Shown: piece by piece, positions 1-7,322 of the stretch | How positions within the stretch are numbered: position 1 is the first letter of the stretch | How the letters are laid out: every line of letters starts with the position of its first letter | Assembly: GCF_000020025.1 (NCBI RefSeq) | Contig: NC_010628.1 | Coordinates: 6,210,001 to 6,242,000, forward strand | DNA from: Nostoc punctiforme PCC 73102 | GTDB taxonomy: Bacteria; Cyanobacteriota; Cyanobacteriia; Cyanobacteriales; Nostocaceae | Length of the DNA stretch: 32,000 nt | Direction of reading: 5' to 3' | Position numbers and translations under genes: made by a program | Notes under the pieces: model-generated | The model's database searches: none | The model's input: the letters and a program-made list of their open reading frames with translations, nothing else | Told to the model about the DNA's origin: nothing

Positions 1-1
1 A

Positions 2-211
2 GCTGGAGAATTGATTAATTTGATTGCCTTAGCAATGTCCCAAAAAATTAAAGTCAAAGATTTAGCAAATCTATCTCCTGTCTATCCCAGTTTCTCAGAA
101 ATTTTGGAACAAGCTGCAAGAGAATGGAGTAAACAGAAGTTAAATAGCGATATTGCTTGGCAAGAGTTTTTAGAAGGTTTCTTCCATTTCCGCCGCAATT
201 GGAATTTATGA
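2..211 (+). CDS. C-terminal end of a pyridine nucleotide-disulfide oxidoreductase-family flavoprotein (partial; 5' part lies upstream of the window)
   Basis: Frame is open from base 2 ([42 protein letters not shown]...) to TGA 209-211. The pattern resembles the C-terminal dimerisation domain of lipoamide-dehydrogenase/mercuric-reductase-like enzymes. Motif-level recognition only. Confidence 0.5.
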   Translation, partial: AGELINLIALAMSQKIKVKDLANLSPVYPSFSEILEQAAREWSKQKLNSDIAWQEFLEGFFHFRRNWNL

Positions 212-257
212 GTACAAAGTGGCGCTGTCAAGGTGAGTTTTGTATTCATTACTAGCT

Positions 258-551
258 CTGAACTCAGAAGTTGAGCCTCTGAACTCGGAAGTTGAGCCTT
301 TGAACTCGGAAGTTGCACCTCTGAACTCGGAAGTTGAGCCTTTGAACTCGGAAGTTGCACCTCTGAACTCGGAAGTTGAGCCTTTGAACTCGGAAGTTGC
401 ACCTCTGAACTCGGAAGTTGCACCTCTGAACTCGGAAGTTGAGCCTTTGAACTCGGAAGTTGAGCCTTTGAACTCGGAAGTTGCACCTTTGAACTCGGAA
501 GTTGCACCTTTAGACTCGGAAGTTGCACCTTTAGACTCGGAATTTTGAAAT
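258..551. repeat. Tandem array of 14 x 21 bp (unit YTGAACTCGGAAGTTGMRCCT) with two interspersed variants (..GAGCCT and ..GCACCT); last units degenerate
   Basis: Units counted by hand: 258-278, 279-299, ... 531-551. Variant order is E E A E A E A A E E A A A. The array lies between convergent stops (211 and 553). Track ORFs 82-528(-), 206-589(-) and 240-548(+) translate only as heptapeptide repeats. Confidence 0.95.
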
Positions 552-552
552 T

Positions 553-1272
553 CTAAAAGAACAAGTGAAGATTTTGTTTTATTACCCACACTACGCCAGC
601 CGTGACTAAAGGCACACTGAGGTTATCTGTGCCGTGGGGTGAGACTGCCTCTGCTAAGGTGGCGAAAGTAGCAGCTACCACCGCCGTCAACAATGCCAAC
701 CCAAAACTTAGAGGCGTTCCTAGGGGACTCAGTGATGAACCAGGTAGCAGCAACAGCACTAAGAAAATCACTACCGTACTCGCCACAAACATTGCTGCCG
801 AACCTTCCCAGGAACGCACTGAATTTCCTACTTGGTATTTATGCTGCCCGAAGCGTCTACCGATTAATGCTGCTAGTGCATCACCCCAGGTCATCGCCAT
901 TATCCCAGCAACAGCGATCGCAACGCTATCTACTGGCCCGTCTGGTCGCCACAGTAGCCCGAAAAGCAATGTCACTGAGATAGCGAAATAAACTGTACCA
1001 GGTGAGCTATCCTGAGTATCCATTGCGCCGATGAATCGGTAGCGGTAGAACAGGTAGTTAAGTCCTATAAAGGTGGCAAAAGGTATAATTCCGATTTCCC
1101 AGCGATTAAACAATAGCAGGACACCGAAAACCCACATCCCTGCACCAATATGGATCGCTTTGCGGGTCAAATCCGGCTTTACACCAAACAGCCTACGCAG
1201 TCCCTCGCCAATCACAAGTAAACTAATCGCGTAAATATAAGAAATTGCTAGCCCGATAAAGTCATTTGTCAT
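553..1272 (-). CDS. Phytol kinase / polyprenol (dolichol) kinase family membrane protein (VTE5-like, CTP-dependent)
   Basis: 239-aa polytopic membrane ORF. Motifs TRKAIHIGAG, WGDALAALIGRRFGQHKY and RSWEGSAAMF are typical of the Sec59/VTE5 kinase family. Confidence 0.7.
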   Translation of the reverse strand: MTNDFIGLAISYIYAISLLVIGEGLRRLFGVKPDLTRKAIHIGAGMWVFGVLLLFNRWEIGIIPFATFIGLNYLFYRYRFIGAMDTQDSSPGTVYFAISVTLLFGLLWRPDGPVDSVAIAVAGIMAMTWGDALAALIGRRFGQHKYQVGNSVRSWEGSAAMFVASTVVIFLVLLLLPGSSLSPLGTPLSFGLALLTAVVAATFATLAEAVSPHGTDNLSVPLVTAGVVWVIKQNLHLFF

Positions 1273-1339
1273 TTGTCATGGCTCAAGAATCAATAGTTCT
1301 TCTTCCTCTGCTCCCCTGCCTCCCCTGCCCCCTGCTCCC
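1262..1339. repeat. Composite heptamer repeat (CATTTGT array, core ATAGTTCTTCTTCC, CCCCTGC-type array); direct copy of 6322-6396
   Basis: Hand alignment with 6319-6396: 32-nt left parts of the same length (20/32 identical), a 14/14 identical core, then near-identical CCCCTGCT arrays. Both copies have the same orientation. Confidence 0.8.
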
Positions 1340-3115
1340 TCACTTAGTGCGATCGCTATTTCGTCTCAGATTCTTTTCTAGTAACGAAACGCTACCAATA
1401 CCTTGAAGAATACCACGACCGATTAAACCTAAACCACGACCAATTATTTGGGTAAGGATGAAGACTATACCACTACCTAAAAAAGATAATAATGATTTTA
1501 AACGCGGTGCGATCGCATCACTAAATTCTAAAAGTAAAGTTACTATTAAAGGAATATTAGAAAGTCTTGCTAACTCCTGATTTCGAGGAGCATAAACTGA
1601 AGTTTTGGCAATACCACGAGGAGCAATAACAAATAGATCGTAGCGACTTTCAAAAACTGCTTTCGGCTCCTCTATATAATTAATTAGACGATACTTCCAC
1701 GATAAATCATTTCTAAAACGTTCAATTTCTCTAGTGGAAATAAATTGTCTGCCATATAAGTTTTGCTTCATGATTTCCACATCTGCTAAAGAATTTAACA
1801 GTGGTTGCACAACTCCATTCGCTACCTGAATCAACAAGTTCTCTAAAATCATTAATGCTTGGGACTTTGCTTCAGTGCCTAATACAGGATATGACGTATT
1901 ATCAATTCTCAATTCTGTTTGAAAAATTAAATAAGAATATAACTCAAAAACTAGTGGAATCTTGTTGAGAATATCTCTTTGCACAACTTCTATATTTTGC
2001 AGCAAAAAATTAACAATTCCTATATTCTGATTTCCTATTTTGATTTGAGAAAACTTTCCAAAAAAATCTGTAATTGCTACTTCCCATAAATCGCGCAATA
2101 AGATATTTTTTACCTCATATAATTGATTCACATCGAGTTGAGAAGCACGCAGTTCATCCAACTGTTCAGTCAATTTTTGCAGGATGAGATAAAGCAATTC
2201 CCGCTTTTTTTCTTCACGAAAGATGTCAATTTCTAAAGGTAAATCTGTGACATTTCGTAAAGGGAATTGAAGTTTGGTAACGCAAGATGCAAACAAGTTA
2301 AATTGTACTGTTCCCAGACTAAGTAAAGGCAAAACAGTTTGCCGTGGCTGAATAGCACTACTAAATGAAGGGGTAAGAGGTAGCTCATCAGAAACCGGAA
2401 TATCTTCCTCTTGCCTTTCTTGTGATGAAACTAACAACCGATCTAGCAACCAACGAGCCGCTAGCAGTTCTCGCCTCTGTCCAGCTAGAATTGCCCGATC
2501 TAATACTGCTAATCCAGGAACTTGTAATTGTGCTGTGACTGCGGCTAGGGTAACGTCAATGTAAGCAATTCCTGACAAACGTAAATTATTTCGCTGTCTA
2601 TAAAAAGGGAGTGGAGAGTTGGGAGAGACGCGATTAATCGCATCTCTACTAGGGAGTGAGGAGTGAGGAGTTGCGATTGCTTCCGTGTTTCGAAACCAAT
2701 ATTCACCACCATCTGTAACTTCTTGCATGGCAGCGACTAACTCAGGAAGTGGTGTACCCTTTGGGCAGTAGCCATTTACACCAATAGATTTGGCAGCTAA
2801 TAGCAGTCCTTGTTCTTGCACAGAACTAAGAAGCAGAATTGGTAGGTTGGGATATAAGGCTTTGAGTTGCCGACAGAATTGTAAACCTAGCTGCTGGCTG
2901 GTGATGGAGCGACCATTACCGAATTCCAAAACCACCAAATTCACCTGTTTAGGGTCTTCTTGGGCAATTTCTGCTAGAATCTGCAAGGCAGTGGTATCAG
3001 TTTCTACTACTCCTGTTACTTCCAGGTTGGGAATTGCTTCCAAAGCTACCCGTAATCCCAGACGAAAAATTGGGTCTTGGTCGAATAACAATAATTTTAA
3101 AGGGCGATCGCTCAT
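1340..3115 (-). CDS. Response-regulator receiver domain protein with C-terminal DUF3685 (Ycf55-like); receiver has Glu at the phosphoacceptor position
   Basis: 591 aa. N-terminus LKLLLFDQDPIFRLGLRVALE...NLVVLEF...ILLLSS...GYCPKG aligns by eye to NarL-type REC. The long C-terminal region matches my memory of cyanobacterial DUF3685 proteins. Confidence 0.75.
   Translation of the reverse strand: MSDRPLKLLLFDQDPIFRLGLRVALEAIPNLEVTGVVETDTTALQILAEIAQEDPKQVNLVVLEFGNGRSITSQQLGLQFCRQLKALYPNLPILLLSSVQEQGLLLAAKSIGVNGYCPKGTPLPELVAAMQEVTDGGEYWFRNTEAIATPHSSLPSRDAINRVSPNSPLPFYRQRNNLRLSGIAYIDVTLAAVTAQLQVPGLAVLDRAILAGQRRELLAARWLLDRLLVSSQERQEEDIPVSDELPLTPSFSSAIQPRQTVLPLLSLGTVQFNLFASCVTKLQFPLRNVTDLPLEIDIFREEKKRELLYLILQKLTEQLDELRASQLDVNQLYEVKNILLRDLWEVAITDFFGKFSQIKIGNQNIGIVNFLLQNIEVVQRDILNKIPLVFELYSYLIFQTELRIDNTSYPVLGTEAKSQALMILENLLIQVANGVVQPLLNSLADVEIMKQNLYGRQFISTREIERFRNDLSWKYRLINYIEEPKAVFESRYDLFVIAPRGIAKTSVYAPRNQELARLSNIPLIVTLLLEFSDAIAPRLKSLLSFLGSGIVFILTQIIGRGLGLIGRGILQGIGSVSLLEKNLRRNSDRTK
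2608..2673. repeat. Small dispersed repeat inside the REC-DUF3685 CDS: 24-nt near-palindrome AGAGACGCGATTAATCGCATCTCT (2624-2647) flanked by GGAGTGA-type heptamers
   Basis: The palindrome is centred on TTAA with one mismatched pair. Heptamers GGAGTGG/AGAGTTG/GGAGAGA lie on the left; GGAGTGA x2 and GGAGTTG on the right (2653-2673). The segment is read in frame on the minus strand as TPHSSLPSRDAINRVSPNSPLP (aa 148-170). Confidence 0.8.
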
Positions 3116-3260
3116 AGTCTACTCAATTACACAAGCACTGTTTTTTACCAATCAGAAAACAGCTTTGATACAAAACTTTGTCTCCACCTATTGTTACCTG
3201 TTTTCGCAAACTGAATAAATCGATCATAATTGCCATAAGCAGCTGTCACTGTGTAATTAA

Positions 3261-6200
3261 ATGAACTTGAGTATTCGGCACTGGTTAGCAGAACGCTATA
3301 TCGCAATCAATCAAATCAGAGGATTTTCGGCGGGGCAATTGGCAGGTATTGCCTACCGGATTGTTCAGGATATGGAAGTCAAAAGCCTCATGCCTTTTGA
3401 TATCTGTACCTTGGTAGAGGTTTTAGAACTGCCTTTAGGGATTGTTTGGGAAGAAATCAGTCTGATTTCGCAGTTAACACAAAACCTGTTGCGTAGCCTC
3501 AGCCAAAAAAAACCGTTAAAACGTAACGAGGGTACATGGCTAGCGTTCCAAATTGCCTATCTTCAAGCTTTGCAAGCGATTCTAGAGCAGGAAGCAAGCC
3601 TAAAAAGACCGTGGTTAGATCGGGCAAGTATACCAATCCAAGCGCAAGTACTTAAAGAAGACGTTGGTAAACTCCTTCTCCAAGATTCGCAACTGCAAGG
3701 ATTGTTGAAAACTCTCAGCCCAGGTAAATTAACTGATACACAAGCGGAACAAGCACTGTCTCTAATTGCAGATTCTTTACTGGTGCAACAAATAAATCAT
3801 GCTGTCATCGCTTGGTTTGTTGCCAATGGTGCAGAAGAATATGAAGCTAAACTCTTAACACAGCGTTTAGTTCACTCACTTCCTGGTGAAATACTGATAG
3901 TTGTTACTGAAAATGCTGCCCCTTTAGCCCAACTGCAAAAGTTTTTCCGTTTGGGAATTTCATTAGCCCCCAGTTTTATAGCTCCAGAAGCTGGTTCTAC
4001 AGTTGGTGAGAAAATTGACTTGCACCGAGAACATTACCGTGCAAGTTTGATTAAAAACCTCAGTATGCCTTTACTAATAGAATCCTTTACCCTCAAGGAT
4101 ATCTATGTGCCACAAAAAGGCTTACCAATAGAGGAAAGTATTTCTGATGTGGATAAAAAAGCTGTTAAGTCAGTTGATTTAAAAACATGGGCGCAGCAAC
4201 AGCTAGCTGATTTAGAAACGATCGCTGTTATTGAGTCGGAACCTGGTTTTGGAAAAACCAGTTTTTGCCAACTCTGGGCAGCAGAGATAGCGCAAGAAGT
4301 TTACCCTATTTGGATGCCTATAGTAATTAGGTTAAGGGATATAAAATATGGCAAAACTTTAATCGAAACTCTAAATTCTGGTTTTGATGTTAATCTTTCA
4401 ACCTGGTTAGAGCAAGAAAATATTCCTTGTCTGTTGCTACTGGATGGTTTGGATGAACTGCCCCCTTCTGCTTATGGTATAAGGGCAAAAGCAATTTTTG
4501 TTCAGCAATTACTGAACTTTCAATCTCAACATAGACACAAAATTGTGTTAACGAGCCGCTCAACAACATTACAGGAAATCGCCCCAGAAATCCCCCTATC
4601 ATTGAAGCGAATTATCATTCAACCGTTGGATGTGGACGAATTCAAGCAATGGTTTCAGCAGTGGGCAAAAGTACAATCGTTGGCGATCGCTCAAAATTTC
4701 TTTACATTCTTAAAACAGTCAGGCTTATTTGTCAGCCAATCAAGGTTTCCAGAATTATCTACCCTTGTTCGTCAACCCCTAATGTTGCATTTATTGGGGA
4801 TTTTACACCGCGACGGACTGCTAAATGATGAAGTATTACAACTAGCTGCTAATACCCCAAAGTCTTCTGTACTATGGGAAATTTATCATCGCCTAAGTCG
4901 ATGGTTGTTGGGTTATCCGCTAACTGGTGGGATTAAAACGATGCTGCTGCGCTCAGGATCGGCTCATATCCACCGGACTCCAGAAGCGATCGCTAATTTA
5001 CTTGCTAATCGTCATCCTCAAGATTTACTCGATCAAATGCAAGCGATCGCTCTGAAAATTTTACACTCGCAACGTCATCAAATTAATTTGGCTGGTGAAT
5101 TTAACACTCTACCAGGATTTTATTTTAAAATTCGGGACTTAGAAAGCTCAGAAAAAACTAGTTTAATTGAGTTTTCGCATATTAAGTTAGGAGAATTTCT
5201 TTGTGCTAAAGCTGTGACTGCTGAGTTGAAATTATTAACTCAGTGCCAAAATGAGGCTTATGGTTCTCTCACTTTTGTACTTGATTCTCCTAGTAGCGTT
5301 GCCCAGCATATTTACAATTTACTCGGTTATGGGATACTGAGCCAGGAAATTGAAGAATTGGCGATCGCAATTTTACGCCGCGAACAAAAGCACAAGTTTT
5401 CTTTTGAAGTTTTGTTTCAACGTCTTTTGTCTTTCTGGCGTGCTTACTGTCAAGGCTATTGGTTAGACGAAGGCATAGCCCACAAAGCTTGGACTCATTT
5501 CCACGCACTACAAAACCCGGTGAATGTTGAGCAAGTCAATGCTGCTGTGGGATTGAATGTATTTTTATTGCTTTGTGCTTGCTATCGAGAAACCAAAATC
5601 CCTTTTTGGCCTTGTGGGAATCCGCTCAATTTAACAGAATTCAATCCAGAAGCTTTAAGTGCGCTAATTGCGAGAGCAACCGTTCTCCACAAAAGTGCCT
5701 TTGCAACCCGAATCAAGTCTCTGGCTGGACTCAATTTATCGAGAGCCTCTTTGTTACAAGTAGTGCTAACTGGGGTAAATCTTGAGCAGACAAACTTATC
5801 CAATGCGGAGTTAATCGGGACTAATTTGGCTGGAGCCAATTTGCAACAGGCTAATCTGACAGGCGCAAACCTTCAACAAGCTAACCTTACAGACGTAAAC
5901 CTCGAACAGGCTAACCTGACAGGTGCAAATCTCCAACAAGCTAACCTTACGGGAGCAAATCTTAATTCAGCCGATCTCACCAACGCCTGCTTCTTTGATG
6001 CCATCCTTACTCAGGCTGGCAAAAAATTAGCTACTGATAATGGTGCCTTGTTCTCTAAAGAGTCGTTTCAAAGACTGAAAAGTTTGCGTAGTTTATCGCC
6101 GCAGGCATCGCAGCAACCCTTCTTAAATACCATCCAAATTACGCCAAACACAGATAAAAATTGGAATAAACCCCCTGCAAACGGGCTAATTGAAAGCTCT

Positions 6201-6287
6201 GAAGGCACAATTTTACCCGTAGGTTTCTATGATGATGATGTCGATGATGAAACCGTTTTTGGCAATAACTCTATTGATGACAAGTAG
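3261..6287 (+). CDS. NACHT-family STAND P-loop NTPase with C-terminal pentapeptide repeats and an unassigned ~320-aa N-terminal domain (bacterial NLR-like)
   Basis: 1008 aa. Walker A EPGFGKTS (nt 4242-4262). Walker B CLLLLDGLDEL (4428-4460). 18 contiguous pentapeptide repeats LSRAS..LTGANLQQANLTDVNLEQANLTGAN.. (about 5728-6005). Acidic tail FYDDDVDDE. Confidence 0.85.
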   Translation: MNLSIRHWLAERYIAINQIRGFSAGQLAGIAYRIVQDMEVKSLMPFDICTLVEVLELPLGIVWEEISLISQLTQNLLRSLSQKKPLKRNEGTWLAFQIAYLQALQAILEQEASLKRPWLDRASIPIQAQVLKEDVGKLLLQDSQLQGLLKTLSPGKLTDTQAEQALSLIADSLLVQQINHAVIAWFVANGAEEYEAKLLTQRLVHSLPGEILIVVTENAAPLAQLQKFFRLGISLAPSFIAPEAGSTVGEKIDLHREHYRASLIKNLSMPLLIESFTLKDIYVPQKGLPIEESISDVDKKAVKSVDLKTWAQQQLADLETIAVIESEPGFGKTSFCQLWAAEIAQEVYPIWMPIVIRLRDIKYGKTLIETLNSGFDVNLSTWLEQENIPCLLLLDGLDELPPSAYGIRAKAIFVQQLLNFQSQHRHKIVLTSRSTTLQEIAPEIPLSLKRIIIQPLDVDEFKQWFQQWAKVQSLAIAQNFFTFLKQSGLFVSQSRFPELSTLVRQPLMLHLLGILHRDGLLNDEVLQLAANTPKSSVLWEIYHRLSRWLLGYPLTGGIKTMLLRSGSAHIHRTPEAIANLLANRHPQDLLDQMQAIALKILHSQRHQINLAGEFNTLPGFYFKIRDLESSEKTSLIEFSHIKLGEFLCAKAVTAELKLLTQCQNEAYGSLTFVLDSPSSVAQHIYNLLGYGILSQEIEELAIAILRREQKHKFSFEVLFQRLLSFWRAYCQGYWLDEGIAHKAWTHFHALQNPVNVEQVNAAVGLNVFLLLCACYRETKIPFWPCGNPLNLTEFNPEALSALIARATVLHKSAFATRIKSLAGLNLSRASLLQVVLTGVNLEQTNLSNAELIGTNLAGANLQQANLTGANLQQANLTDVNLEQANLTGANLQQANLTGANLNSADLTNACFFDAILTQAGKKLATDNGALFSKESFQRLKSLRSLSPQASQQPFLNTIQITPNTDKNWNKPPANGLIESSEGTILPVGFYDDDVDDETVFGNNSIDDK

Positions 6288-6321
6288 GTTGTCACAATTA
6301 AAGCTAACTGGCAAGGGCTAT

Positions 6322-6396
6322 CATTTGTCCTTTGTCCTTTGTAGTTGATCGATAGTTCTTCTTCCCCTGCTCCCCTGCTCCCCTGCTCCCTGCTCC
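6322..6396. repeat. Composite heptamer repeat (CATTTGT/CCTTTGT array, core ATAGTTCTTCTTCC, CCCCTGCT array); direct copy of 1262-1339
   Basis: See 1262-1339. The array runs right up to the stop codon of the Fur-family gene (6397-6399). Confidence 0.8.
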
Positions 6397-6843
6397 CTAG
6401 CCTTCTTGAGGATTACGGTAGCCAACAAAGTTAATACTGTAGTCAGTAATTCGCACTCCTGTTTCTTCTTCAATTTTGCGGAGCAAATCTTCTGGTAGTT
6501 CTACATGAACATCAAGAATTTGATTTGTATCCATACAGTTAATATGACTGTGAGAGTCACTAATATTGCCGTATAAACGCCCATCACAGCGCTCAATACA
6601 TTCAATAATGCCCTGACTGGATAATGCTTCCAAATTTTGATAAACAGAGGTATGGCCGATCTCTTTACCTTCTTGGTTCAAGCGATCGTAAATCTCTCTA
6701 GCAGAAAGATGTTCATTTGCTTGCCAAAGTAATTCCAGAATAAAGCGACGCTGACGACTGACGCGCATACCCAGGATTTGACACCTATCTAGCGCATCTT
6801 CTAGAGAACGAATTGGTTTTGTTGAAATTGTTTGTTTTTGCAT
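6397..6843 (-). CDS. Fur-family transcriptional regulator (FurC/PerR-like paralog)
   Basis: 148 aa. Winged-helix region RVSRQRRFILELLWQANEHLSAREIYDRLNQEGKEIGHTSVYQNLEALSSQGII plus HSHINC metal-site motif. No CxxC pairs. Closely resembles my recollection of Anabaena FurC. Confidence 0.85.
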   Translation of the reverse strand: MQKQTISTKPIRSLEDALDRCQILGMRVSRQRRFILELLWQANEHLSAREIYDRLNQEGKEIGHTSVYQNLEALSSQGIIECIERCDGRLYGNISDSHSHINCMDTNQILDVHVELPEDLLRKIEEETGVRITDYSINFVGYRNPQEG

Positions 6844-6906
6844 ATTACAGCTTGTTAACTGTTAAGGGAATTTTCCCACTTCAATTTTTATTGGTTATTT
6901 AATATA

Positions 6907-6921
6907 TGCAATAATATTGCA
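6907..6921. promoter_or_regulatory. 7-1-7 inverted repeat TGCAATA-A-TATTGCA, candidate Fur-family operator (autoregulation)
   Basis: Perfect 7-1-7 palindrome in AT-rich DNA, 64 nt upstream of the Fur-family start codon (6843, minus strand). The geometry matches Fur/PerR boxes. No binding data. Confidence 0.35.
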
Positions 6922-7104
6922 CACCATTGTTCTACCTGTACTTGTGTTTTGGCTTGTGATGCTTCGGAAGTAACAGGTGGCGATAAATAACGATCTATTT
7001 TTTGCTTGCTGATGGCTACTTTGTCAGACCTTAATCTAAAACAAACTCATTACAACTTTAACTTAAAATTGCTGGAAATGTCCACTTTGGGGCAGGTGTT
7101 GCCT

Positions 7105-7186
7105 AGAGGCAATAGGCAAGAGGCAAGAGGAAAGAAGGCTTTTTGAGTTGTACGGAGTTTATTCAAAAATCAAATATGAGTCCTAA
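7105..7186. repeat. Partial copy (right half) of the MITE-like element at 14961-15108
   Basis: GGCAAGAGGCAAGAGGAAAGAAGGCTTTTTGAGTTGTACGGAGTTTATTCAAAAATCAAATATGAGTCCTA is near-identical to 15051-15108 over about 58 nt (2 mismatches by eye). No matching left terminal repeat was found. Confidence 0.8.
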
Positions 7187-7322
7187 ACCTCATCTATGTT
7201 GAAACCTAGAGTTTTTCTAAGATACAAGGTTGACCAAAATTATTAGCAAAAAAGTATTAGTAAGTACCAATTAATTTCTCAAGGTCAATGTAGCGTCAAT
7301 CCCTGAAAGCTGCTACTGTATA

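Noticed and set aside
82-589. Three overlapping ORFs of 102-148 aa (82-528 -, 206-589 -, 240-548 +) over the 21-bp array
   Set aside because: All translate as pure heptapeptide repeats (LNSEVEP, SEFKGST, QLPSSKA). Several frames on both strands are open simultaneously only because the 21-bp unit lacks stop codons. No independent coding signal.
602-991. ORFs 602-991(+) and 693-983(+), antisense to the phytol-kinase-like gene
   Set aside because: They lie entirely within a well-supported membrane-protein CDS on the other strand and have low-complexity translations with no motifs.
2790-3218. ORF 2790-3218(+), 142 aa, antisense to the receiver domain
   Set aside because: It overlaps the recognisable REC domain on the minus strand. 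Its translation has no family features.
5573-5839. ORFs 5573-5785(+) and 5582-5839(-) within the NACHT gene
   Set aside because: These are off-frame or antisense readings over the start of the pentapeptide-repeat region. The 1008-aa frame explains the region.
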